A DNA stretch of 62,950 nt, filler included. It is 4 parts of 4 records of this genome, joined end to end, with 100 filler letters (N's around TTAATTAATTAA, not from the genome) between each part and the next. Parts side by side here need not be neighbours in the genome. Positions count along the whole stretch, not along the records: positions 30,550 to 49,602 come from SRR22947727_2327; 3 more parts are not named here. One strand, given 5' to 3'. Each line of letters begins with the position of its first letter. The stretch's first letter is position 1. Below are positions 30,627 to 39,427 of this stretch, piece by piece. The translations under genes were made by a program, and so were the position numbers. The notes under the pieces were generated by a model. That model ran no database searches and was not told the DNA's origin. It saw nothing but the letters and a program-made list of their open reading frames with translations.

Positions 30627-32606
30627 ATGAATTTTTTTTATTTTCAAATAGCAGTTCCAATACCTGTTCGAGAAGTATTTACATACAAGAGCAGCACAAT
30701 GCTTCCAAAAGGAACGCGAGTTCAAATATCATTTGGCAGCAAGGTTTTGATGGGAATTGTTATCGAACAATTAAAATCCAAGCCTCCATACAAAGTAAAA
30801 GAAGTTTATAAAGTGCTTGAAAGCAACCCCATTTTTGAAAAACATATTTTTGACTGTCTCATTTGGGCATCAAAGTACTATCATCATCCTATAGGCGAGG
30901 TTTTTCATACATTCACTCCTAATTTACTCAGAAACGATAAAAAAAAACTACCCAATATTGAAAATATCCAGAAAGATGATTACAAGATTAATAATAATGA
31001 TATGCATCAAAGCCTTACCGCACCCCAAGTTAAAGCCATTGAACAATTAGAAATTAATAATAGTTTTAATATTAGTTTACTTCATGGTGTTACTGGATCA
31101 GGGAAAACTGAGGTATATCTTAATATAGCTAGAAATTTGATTAACGATGGAAAATCAGTACTTATTCTTGTACCTGAAATAAACTTAACACCTCAGCTCC
31201 ATAAAGTTTTTTCAAATAGGTTTAATGGCGAAATTGGGCTTTATCACTCAAGGCAAACTCCACTCCAAAGATTCAAGGTTTGGAGTAAAGCTAAAGCAGG
31301 TTTGATCCGCATAGTAATAGGAACCAGATCTGCAATTATGAATCCTATAAAAAATCTTGGATTAGTAATAATAGATGAGGAGCATGATCAATCTTTTAAG
31401 CAATCAGAAGGGTTTAAATTCTCAGCTCGTGAACTAGGCATCAAAAGAGCTCAAAAAGAAAATATACCAATCTTACTTGGTTCAGCAACCCCATCTTTTT
31501 CAATTCTTAAACTAGTTGAAGAAAATAAAGTTAATAAAGTTGATATGCCCGAAAGAGTAGATGGAAGAAAGCCACCCAAACTAATTATTTTAGATATAAA
31601 CAATAAGAAGCTGGTTTCTGGTATTGCGCCAGAGTCTTTGGAGGCCATAGACGTAACTTTAAAAGACAATAAACAAGTTTTAGTATTTATTAACAGAAGA
31701 GGCTTTGCCCCGTTGCTTCAATGCAATGCATGTGGCTGGACTGCGGAATGCTCATCATGTGAGTCAAACCTCGTCTATCATAAAGAAAGGAATAGACTTG
31801 TTTGTCATAGGTGCGAGTCTGCTTATGGAAATCCAGAATCATGCCCAAATTGTGCATCAAGCCAAATAGAGCTCCTTGGCCTAGGTACAGAAAAGGTAGA
31901 GGATTTTTTGATAAGGAGCTTCCCGCATGTAAATACAATAAGAATAGATCAAGATTCTACAAAGAAAAAAAATTCTATGAATCAAATATATGAAAGGCTA
32001 GATAGCAATGGCGCAGCAATTCTTGTTGGAACACAGATGCTTGCTAAAGGCCATGATTTTAGCAATGTAGCATTAACATTGGTAATTAATGCTGACAATG
32101 GCTTGATAAGTCCGGAAGTGAACGCTTTAGAAAAGGTATCACAATTGCTTATTCAAGTATCTGGCAGAGCAGGAAGAAATAGCAATGAAGCAAAAGTTAT
32201 TATACAAACAAGATATCCTGAAGACAGAACACTCAACCAAATTAAGAATGGAGACTACCTGTCTTTTGCAAAAAGAAAATTAGCAGAAAATAGGCTAGGA
32301 GGCTTGCCTCCATATTCTTGCGCATCAATACTAAGATCAACATCTCCAACTCAACAAAATAATATTAATTTCCTTTCTAGAGTAGAGAATATCTTAAGAG
32401 GAAAGAAAAATATTTTTACAATTGGGCCGCTTCCTTCTTTTATCTCAAAAACAAAGGGTTCTTATAAACATTCGCTATATATACAGACTTCCAATAGGGT
32501 CTATTTAAATAGGGTTTTAACTTATCTAGCCAAGGAGATAGATGATTTAAAGGAATCAAAGAAAGTCAGGTGGTCATTTGACATTGATCCAGTCGATTTC
32601 TCTTAG
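30627..32606 (+). CDS. priA: Primosomal protein N' (copy C)
   Basis: GVTGSGKTEVY, DEEH, Zn-finger CxxC repeats and QVSGRAGR. Start moved to MNFFY. Confidence 0.96.
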   Translation: MNFFYFQIAVPIPVREVFTYKSSTMLPKGTRVQISFGSKVLMGIVIEQLKSKPPYKVKEVYKVLESNPIFEKHIFDCLIWASKYYHHPIGEVFHTFTPNLLRNDKKKLPNIENIQKDDYKINNNDMHQSLTAPQVKAIEQLEINNSFNISLLHGVTGSGKTEVYLNIARNLINDGKSVLILVPEINLTPQLHKVFSNRFNGEIGLYHSRQTPLQRFKVWSKAKAGLIRIVIGTRSAIMNPIKNLGLVIIDEEHDQSFKQSEGFKFSARELGIKRAQKENIPILLGSATPSFSILKLVEENKVNKVDMPERVDGRKPPKLIILDINNKKLVSGIAPESLEAIDVTLKDNKQVLVFINRRGFAPLLQCNACGWTAECSSCESNLVYHKERNRLVCHRCESAYGNPESCPNCASSQIELLGLGTEKVEDFLIRSFPHVNTIRIDQDSTKKKNSMNQIYERLDSNGAAILVGTQMLAKGHDFSNVALTLVINADNGLISPEVNALEKVSQLLIQVSGRAGRNSNEAKVIIQTRYPEDRTLNQIKNGDYLSFAKRKLAENRLGGLPPYSCASILRSTSPTQQNNINFLSRVENILRGKKNIFTIGPLPSFISKTKGSYKHSLYIQTSNRVYLNRVLTYLAKEIDDLKESKKVRWSFDIDPVDFS

Positions 32607-33850
32607 ATTTTCAGTCTAATTATCTGTCCAGGATATATAGACTTATTTTCAAGTTGATTTTCAATCTCAATAGTTTCTACTGATAGCCCAAACCTTACTG
32701 CAATTTCTGATAAAACATCACCCTTTTGAATTTCATACATTACGTGCTTGGAATCTTTTTCAAAGACACTATCTGCAACAGGCTGGTTTTTAAAATAATT
32801 ATGCAATCCAAGAAATATAGATCTTGCAATCATTCTTCGTCCTGGTTTACCCTTGAGTCTTTCAGCATCGTCTGGGTTTGTCATAAACCCAGATTCTATT
32901 AGTACGGATGGGGTATCAAATGATTTAAGGACCCTAAAATCTGCAAACTCAATATTCTTTTTATGTAGCTTTGTATATGGATCTTTTCTAAGCTCAGATA
33001 AAATTTCATTACCAAGCCTTTTACTACCTTCTATCTTTAATTTATAGATATTAGGAAAATCCTCCCTTGCCTTATCTTCATCAAAATCATCAATAGCGAT
33101 CTTGCCTATTTTTGAAGCTAACTCTTTTTTAGATAGATTTTCTGCAGCAATTGATGAGGCTTTTTCTGACCATATATATACTGATGCACCCTTAACCGAT
33201 GAAAGTCTAAATCCATCTGCATGAATTGATATAAATATATCGGCACCCATTCTTCTAGAGGAAAGATATCTTTCATTTAGATCAATTAGCTCATCTCCAA
33301 CTCTTATCATTTTTGGAGAATAACCATCAACATCTCGCAATGTTCTTTCTAACTCTTTTGCAATTAGCAATGTTATATCTTTTTCCAAGACATTGTTTGA
33401 ACCAACTGCTCCCGGATCTCTGCCACCATGTCCGGCATCGATTGCAACAACTATATCTCGAGTATTTTTTAAATTTTTCCTATTTCTTTTTAACTTTAGT
33501 TTTAAAAAAATTCCCTCTGATGTTTTTTCTTGAACAGGCTTCTCCCAGTCGACGTATTCATAAAGGTCAATCACAAGTTTGCTTGTATTTTTATTTTGAG
33601 CAGCCCTAATTTGCTTTATTGGAAAATTAAAAGATCTTGTCTTTAGAGACTTTATATTTGAATCTTCAATTTCAAGAATAATTCTTGATGGCTCTTTAAG
33701 AGCATATGATCTGACAAACGAAACTTTATCTAATTTATATGAAACTTCTATCGATGAATCATTCAACTCTTTAACATCAACAAACGTAACTTCATTTGAT
33801 GACAAATTAAATGCTAAAAAAAATACACAAATAAATAAATATTTTTTCAT
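32603..33850 (-). CDS. amiB: N-acetylmuramoyl-L-alanine amidase (AMIN + Amidase_3 + LysM), copy C
   Basis: IDAGHGG, EKD, SIHAD, ESGF and C-terminal LysM; follows tsaE. Confidence 0.9.
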   Translation of the reverse strand: MKKYLFICVFFLAFNLSSNEVTFVDVKELNDSSIEVSYKLDKVSFVRSYALKEPSRIILEIEDSNIKSLKTRSFNFPIKQIRAAQNKNTSKLVIDLYEYVDWEKPVQEKTSEGIFLKLKLKRNRKNLKNTRDIVVAIDAGHGGRDPGAVGSNNVLEKDITLLIAKELERTLRDVDGYSPKMIRVGDELIDLNERYLSSRRMGADIFISIHADGFRLSSVKGASVYIWSEKASSIAAENLSKKELASKIGKIAIDDFDEDKAREDFPNIYKLKIEGSKRLGNEILSELRKDPYTKLHKKNIEFADFRVLKSFDTPSVLIESGFMTNPDDAERLKGKPGRRMIARSIFLGLHNYFKNQPVADSVFEKDSKHVMYEIQKGDVLSEIAVRFGLSVETIEIENQLENKSIYPGQIIRLKI

Positions 33851-33854
33851 TATT

Positions 33855-34310
33855 TTAAAGATTTAGAGTTTTTTGTAATTCCTTTGAGTGAATCTTAACA
33901 GAAACCTCCCTCTTTTTTGATTTATGCTTAAGAAAAACCTCCATATCGGGGGCTCTTTTTGTTTTTAATTTTTCAGGCCATTCTATAACGACAACTTTCT
34001 TCTTTTCAGTCTCTCTGTCTATGTCTAAAAGATCTATATCTTCAATATCATCAGATCTATATAAATCAATATGAAGAAAAATAATTTTGTTTAATTCATA
34101 TTCTTCACATAGTGTGTAAGTGGGGCTTTTGACCATCCCATCCCATCCAGAATTTGTAATTATTGATCTCGATATAAATGTCTTTCCTGCACCAAGATCT
34201 CCGTGAAGATGAATTTCAATATTTTTAGAATTGCAGTTTTTTATACTTTCAGCTAGCTTTAAGCCAAGTTTATTTGTTGCATCCTCGTTCTCTAAAATAA
34301 TTTTCTTCAT
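33855..34310 (-). CDS. tsaE: tRNA t6A biosynthesis ATPase TsaE (copy C)
   Basis: GDLGAGKT, KSPTY, HIDLYR and IEW motifs. Confidence 0.96.
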   Translation of the reverse strand: MKKIILENEDATNKLGLKLAESIKNCNSKNIEIHLHGDLGAGKTFISRSIITNSGWDGMVKSPTYTLCEEYELNKIIFLHIDLYRSDDIEDIDLLDIDRETEKKKVVVIEWPEKLKTKRAPDMEVFLKHKSKKREVSVKIHSKELQKTLNL

Positions 34311-35149
34311 AAATTTATTATTTTTCTAATATTTTGTATTAACTCAGTAGACTTTAGGCCTATTTCACCAATCTCATCTTTGAAGTTACTTCCTGCTTTC
34401 CCATGAACTGCCACACCAATCCTACAAGCATCTTCTATGCTAATATTCTGAGATACCATAGCAGAAACTAGGCCAGCTAATACATCTCCGCTTCCAGGAA
34501 TAGCAAGCTCAGGACCCCCTTCGAGAGATTTATATATTCTATTTGAGAAAATTATTGTTTGATAGCCTTTAAGTATCACATGAGCATTAAATTTTTTACC
34601 TATCATTTTTGCGCAATTAATCCTATTGCTCTGAATATAGTCAACATCTTTTTTTAGCAGCTCAGCTGCTTCTCCTGGATGAGGAGTAAGAATTAAATTT
34701 TTAGGAAGTTTAATTTCTTTAACCTTTATATTTGCAAGTAAGCGAAGAGCCCCTGCATCTATAATTAAATTTAGTGATCTGTTTTCACAACACTCAATTG
34801 TTCGGATAAGCGCTTCTTCAGACCAATCAGATGCACCAAATCCTACCCCACACACAACCGTATCAATTTCTTTAAAATAAGAATGAAAATTCTCAAATTT
34901 TGAGGTACTAAAGGCCATTACCTCAGGCGTTCTTATTAATGATGGAGTTAAATTTTCTTCTTTTGTTAATAGAGTTACCAAGCCAGCTCCTGACATTAGA
35001 GCAGACTCTGAAGTAAGTATTGCTGCACCACCCATTCCAGTGTCACCGCCAATAACAAGGATCCTACCATAGTTACCCTTATGAGAATTTTTTAACCTTT
35101 TGGGTAAAATTTTTCTTATATCTTTATAGGTAAGACTATTTTCAAGCAT
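34307..35149 (-). CDS. nnrD: ADP-dependent NAD(P)HX dehydratase, stand-alone (copy C)
   Basis: HKG.YG, GAGLV, IDAGAL, LTPHPGEA and GSGDVLAG; no epimerase domain. Confidence 0.92.
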   Translation of the reverse strand: MLENSLTYKDIRKILPKRLKNSHKGNYGRILVIGGDTGMGGAAILTSESALMSGAGLVTLLTKEENLTPSLIRTPEVMAFSTSKFENFHSYFKEIDTVVCGVGFGASDWSEEALIRTIECCENRSLNLIIDAGALRLLANIKVKEIKLPKNLILTPHPGEAAELLKKDVDYIQSNRINCAKMIGKKFNAHVILKGYQTIIFSNRIYKSLEGGPELAIPGSGDVLAGLVSAMVSQNISIEDACRIGVAVHGKAGSNFKDEIGEIGLKSTELIQNIRKIINL

Positions 35150-35156
35150 AAATTTG

Positions 35157-36527
35157 TTATCTTATTGGCAGGTATGCAATCCTATCTGCATGAAAAGAGC
35201 CAATGTATACATAATTATCATGAGGCACTGCAACCGTTGGTAGACCAAATGCCGATCCTTTAATTTTATATTTACTAACCATTTTTAACGTATCTTTATC
35301 AAGCTCAATTATAGTGAAAGGCAAAGAGCAGGCTATTGATTCTATACAAGTTGATGAATCGCCAGGCTGATGGTTTAGTTCAGTTACCCATATAGAGCCA
35401 TCTTTAATAGTTATATTGTCTGGGCTTTGAACAAAAAAAGCGTTTTTTATCTCTTTTTTGTTAATGTCAAAGCTCTTTACATAGTCGCCAGTATTATATG
35501 CAATGTAAAGAGTCCCAGATTCCTCGTCCAAGCTAATACCATTTGGCTGACTTCCAGAAGAGCCTTCAAGAATTGAAAAATCTCTACCATCCCAGTACTT
35601 AACATGCCCTGTATTGGGTTTAAAAAGGACATCCAAAAGCCATCTATTCCAAGTCAAGCCTCTATCAAACATATACGTTGTAAAGAAATTGCCATTTTTT
35701 AAGAATGCAATATCATTTAAATAAATCTCTGGATCAGCAACAATACAACCCCTCCATTCTATTTCCCAGTCTTTATCTTTTTTAACCAGCTCGAACATTT
35801 CGACCGTCTCTCTAGGCTTATGATTTATTACCCCTAGTTGATATTTACCATCATTTCTTTTAATAAGATCTATCCCATGAGTGTTAAAGCTCTCATTTTC
35901 ATTTCTTTTACAATTATCTTGACCCCACTCATTTGTACCAAAGGTTAATTTAATATCAACGATTTTTTTAGCTTTAATGTTAAATAGCTTTAAGAATGAA
36001 GATGCATCCTTTCCAAAGGGATCAATCCCACCAAACTCGCTTATGAGCATCCATTCATTATCAGGGAGCACCACTATATCTTCAGGATTCTTAAATCCAC
36101 AAACTACATCTATGATTTCGTCAGACTGACAAACTTCTATATTTTTTTCAGGCCCCAAATAATCACGAGAAATAATTACAAAGGCTAAAAATATAAGCAC
36201 TGATGAGATAGGCACCATCCATTTAAAATAATGATTAAATATTTTTTCAAGCAAGCTTTTGATATGTTTAGCAAAAAATATTAAAGCTAGCCCACGCACT
36301 ATAAGTAAAAGCCCTATTATAAATGTCACAAACATCCACATCGTTTGATACCATTCACTTTGATTCACTGCGACAGCGATGCAGGAAATACCCAGAAGTA
36401 TAGTCAGATAGCCTATCGGCTTAACATTTTTTAATTGTATAAACTTATTTGCAATATTTTTTGTTAGCGGTTTGATTAAAATTAATATAGATAAAGTTAG
36501 GAAAGCAATAAAGTAAAAATAATTCAT
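35157..36527 (-). CDS. Paraoxonase/SMP-30-like beta-propeller with N-terminal 4-TM domain (copy C)
   Basis: NPEDI, THGI, LNDI, PNGI and PDNI motifs after a hydrophobic N-terminus of about 120 aa. Confidence 0.75.
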   Translation of the reverse strand: MNYFYFIAFLTLSILILIKPLTKNIANKFIQLKNVKPIGYLTILLGISCIAVAVNQSEWYQTMWMFVTFIIGLLLIVRGLALIFFAKHIKSLLEKIFNHYFKWMVPISSVLIFLAFVIISRDYLGPEKNIEVCQSDEIIDVVCGFKNPEDIVVLPDNEWMLISEFGGIDPFGKDASSFLKLFNIKAKKIVDIKLTFGTNEWGQDNCKRNENESFNTHGIDLIKRNDGKYQLGVINHKPRETVEMFELVKKDKDWEIEWRGCIVADPEIYLNDIAFLKNGNFFTTYMFDRGLTWNRWLLDVLFKPNTGHVKYWDGRDFSILEGSSGSQPNGISLDEESGTLYIAYNTGDYVKSFDINKKEIKNAFFVQSPDNITIKDGSIWVTELNHQPGDSSTCIESIACSLPFTIIELDKDTLKMVSKYKIKGSAFGLPTVAVPHDNYVYIGSFHADRIAYLPIR

Positions 36528-36531
36528 AAAT

Positions 36532-37428
36532 CTAAATCTTAGACTCTTTAAGTATTAATTCAATTAACTCCAAAGGCTTATCCAGTGGAACATGGTGAGC
36601 AGCATCTTTAAAATTTATAAATTTCATTTTATTTGAGTAAGCTCTCTTTGCATTCTCTAATAATTTGCCTGAAGTAAGAAGGCTATTCTCCCCATGAACA
36701 AAAACAGCAGGGCAACTAAATGAAAATTCATACCCAAATAACCTCTCCAGGCCAGTAAACATCATGTCATCAAACTTCCATCGCCATCCATCTATTGTAT
36801 TTTTAACAGAGTGCTCAGCAATATATCTCAGGTACCAATCATTTTCACAATCTTGCTTGGGCATTAGTCTAAACCTTTCAAGCAAGCTCTTCTTGTCTTC
36901 ATAGCACTTGATCATTCTTAGGGGTCCATTTTTTTTGTGCTCTGAATTATCATAGTTTGCTGGACGAATAAATGTATCTATTATCATTAGTCCATCTATC
37001 AGTTCCTTCTCTTCTGTTGCAACAAAGCCTGCAACATGGCCGCCCAACGAATGCCCAACAAGATAAGTGAAGGAGATATTATTAATAAGTTTTTCATGTC
37101 TTATAACGCTAGTTACGCAATCCCCAAAATCTTCTACTTTATAGCTTTCTCTAAAATCAGAGTCTCCCATTCCAGGAAGATCTATTGATATGACGTGTGC
37201 ATTTGAGTTCAGACGAGGGGCAATTGGGTACCACCATCTTTTATGAGCTCCAGTTCCGTGAATAAGGATAATAAGGTTTGTTGTATCAGACTTTGACTTC
37301 CAAAATGAATAACTAATGTCACCTTTTTTGTCATTCAGAATCTTTTCCTCAGGATTATAATTGATGGCCTCATGGAACCATTCAGGAGCGTGAGCTATGT
37401 CATCATTAAGATTTCTAGAAATTTTCAT
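36532..37428 (-). CDS. Alpha/beta hydrolase (copy C)
   Basis: HGTG, DLPGMG, GHSLGG nucleophile elbow and AHHV. Confidence 0.9.
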   Translation of the reverse strand: MKISRNLNDDIAHAPEWFHEAINYNPEEKILNDKKGDISYSFWKSKSDTTNLIILIHGTGAHKRWWYPIAPRLNSNAHVISIDLPGMGDSDFRESYKVEDFGDCVTSVIRHEKLINNISFTYLVGHSLGGHVAGFVATEEKELIDGLMIIDTFIRPANYDNSEHKKNGPLRMIKCYEDKKSLLERFRLMPKQDCENDWYLRYIAEHSVKNTIDGWRWKFDDMMFTGLERLFGYEFSFSCPAVFVHGENSLLTSGKLLENAKRAYSNKMKFINFKDAAHHVPLDKPLELIELILKESKI

Positions 37429-37460
37429 AATATGTATTCTAAGGCATATATAATAATTTT
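37429..37460. promoter_or_regulatory. 32-bp bidirectional leaderless promoter (copy C)
   Basis: TAGAAT on minus (37436-37441) 7 nt before the hydrolase ATG; TATAAT on plus (37449-37454) 6 nt before the Nudix ATG. Confidence 0.7.
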
Positions 37461-38252
37461 ATGAATAAAAATAGCCTTATACCAGCTGCGACTGTTTTGC
37501 TTTTTAAAGATTCCTTAGAAGGACCAAAAGTTTTAATGGTTAAGAGATCAAAAAGACCACCATTTGAAAATTTATATGTATTTCCTGGTGGAAAAGTTGA
37601 TCAAGATGACGAAGGCAGTGAGATATCAGCACTATGCAGAAAATTAGATGATGCAGAAGCATCTTTCCAGCTAAACATAGGCTCTGGAGGATTGGCTTAC
37701 TGGGTTGCAGCAATAAGAGAATCCTTTGAAGAGGTAGGAATATTAATGGCTGAGCTTTCAGGGAAACAGTTGGGAGAGGACTCTTTACATAACAAAAAAC
37801 TTAAAGATTATAGGAATAGCATTAATAATGGTGAGCTATCATTCTGTGAAATGTTGGTGAAAGAAAAACTATACCTTTCTTTAAGCAATATCTGTCCATT
37901 GTCTCATTGGATAACTCCAGAAATAGAGAAAAGAAGATTCAATACTAGGTTTTTTCTAGCAAAAGTACCAAGTCTTCAGAATGATGAGCATGATGGCAAG
38001 GAGATAACAGATAGCCTATGGATAACTCCAGAAGATGCTTTAAAGGAAGCAAGCTCTGGTGGAATGCAAATGATCATGCCAACAATTAAAAATCTTGAAA
38101 GCTGCTGTGGCTTTAAATCAGTTGAAGAGTTAATTATGGCAAAAAAGAATATTAAACCAATTGACCGCCCATCAATACTCCCAAAATTTTTTAAAAAAGA
38201 AGGCACCTGGGTTGGATTACTTCCAGGTGATGAGGGTTACGAAGATGCTTGA
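37461..38252 (+). CDS. Nudix hydrolase, NUDT19-like (copy C)
   Basis: AATV, FPGGKVD...insert...AIRESFEEVG split Nudix box, and HWITP...RF.TRFF. Confidence 0.85.
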   Translation: MNKNSLIPAATVLLFKDSLEGPKVLMVKRSKRPPFENLYVFPGGKVDQDDEGSEISALCRKLDDAEASFQLNIGSGGLAYWVAAIRESFEEVGILMAELSGKQLGEDSLHNKKLKDYRNSINNGELSFCEMLVKEKLYLSLSNICPLSHWITPEIEKRRFNTRFFLAKVPSLQNDEHDGKEITDSLWITPEDALKEASSGGMQMIMPTIKNLESCCGFKSVEELIMAKKNIKPIDRPSILPKFFKKEGTWVGLLPGDEGYEDA

Positions 38253-39054
38253 TGACGCGCTAATAAAAAAAATTACAGCTCCTAACGGAGGTGTTTTTAC
38301 TGGAGGAGGAACCAATACATACATTATAGGAACTAATGACCTTACCTTGATAGATCCTGGTCCTATTGACGAATCACATACTAAAAATATTCTTGATGCT
38401 TATGGAGATAGAATAAAGAGAATTCTTGTTACTCATACCCATATGGATCATTCGCCCCTAGCAATGCCTCTTTCAAAAAAATTAAATGTTCCAGTAATGG
38501 GGATGACCATACTGGATAACATGCAATACCAAGATGAGAGCTTTGTGCCAACATTACACCTTAAAGACGGCGATTTAATAGAAACAGATGAGTACACCAT
38601 TGAAGCGGTTCATACCCCTGGACATGCATCAAATCATCTTTGTTATTTAATTAAAGAAGTCAATTGTTTAATTACAGGCGATCATATTATGCAAGGATCT
38701 ACAGTTGTTATAGCTCCACCAGATGGAGATATGAGAGATTATTTGCTTTCACTCAAAAAGCTTAAAAATTACAAAATAGATTTTCTTGCTCCAGGACATG
38801 GCGAATTTATAGAAAGGCCATTTGAGACAGTAGACTGGATAGTTAATCATAGGCTGGAAAGAGAGACTAAGGTAATTAATAAATTACAAGAAAAAGGAAA
38901 AATCTCTTTAGAAGATTTAGTTCTTTCAGTTTATGACGATGTTGACCCAAGACTTCACAGAATTGCCCTTGCTAGCTTGGAAGCTCATCTTCTAAAATTA
39001 GAACATGATAGGGTTGTAGAGCTTGATGGAAATCTTTGGCGTTGTATTAATTAA
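38245..39054 (+). CDS. MBL-fold hydrolase, LACTB2-like (copy C)
   Basis: GTNTY, THTHMDH, TPGHASNH, GDH, PGHG and C-terminal winged-helix. Start moved to MLDD, overlapping the Nudix stop. Confidence 0.88.
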   Translation: MLDDALIKKITAPNGGVFTGGGTNTYIIGTNDLTLIDPGPIDESHTKNILDAYGDRIKRILVTHTHMDHSPLAMPLSKKLNVPVMGMTILDNMQYQDESFVPTLHLKDGDLIETDEYTIEAVHTPGHASNHLCYLIKEVNCLITGDHIMQGSTVVIAPPDGDMRDYLLSLKKLKNYKIDFLAPGHGEFIERPFETVDWIVNHRLERETKVINKLQEKGKISLEDLVLSVYDDVDPRLHRIALASLEAHLLKLEHDRVVELDGNLWRCIN

Positions 39055-39427
39055 TCTTCTCAGTAACTACTTTTTCTATATTTTCAAATTCTTTTTTATC
39101 TGCTGCATCTTTAATTTCTTTTTTAAACTTACTGTCTGTATTGACCTGCTTTTTTACTTCAATCTTCTTCTTTTTTAATAATATGGATCTATTTATATTT
39201 TTTGTTGATAGTTCAGATTCATTATTGATACAGTTTGTTACGTTCTCTGAACTATTTATTACAATACCTTTTTTTGAAGTTATTGATTGATGATTCATGG
39301 GTTTTTGCATACAGCCAATCATGCTTGATGACGAAATTGGTCCACTTGAATCAAAATCTTCAACTTTTATTGCACATCCTGACAATAAAGCCATTAAAAA
39401 TAGTACTGCAAAGGCACACTTCATCAA
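39047..39427 (-). CDS. Hypothetical lipoprotein (copy C)
   Basis: Lipobox LLSGC; overlaps the acs stop; positional homologue at 54051-54440. Confidence 0.65.
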   Translation of the reverse strand: MMKCAFAVLFLMALLSGCAIKVEDFDSSGPISSSSMIGCMQKPMNHQSITSKKGIVINSSENVTNCINNESELSTKNINRSILLKKKKIEVKKQVNTDSKFKKEIKDAADKKEFENIEKVVTEKIN

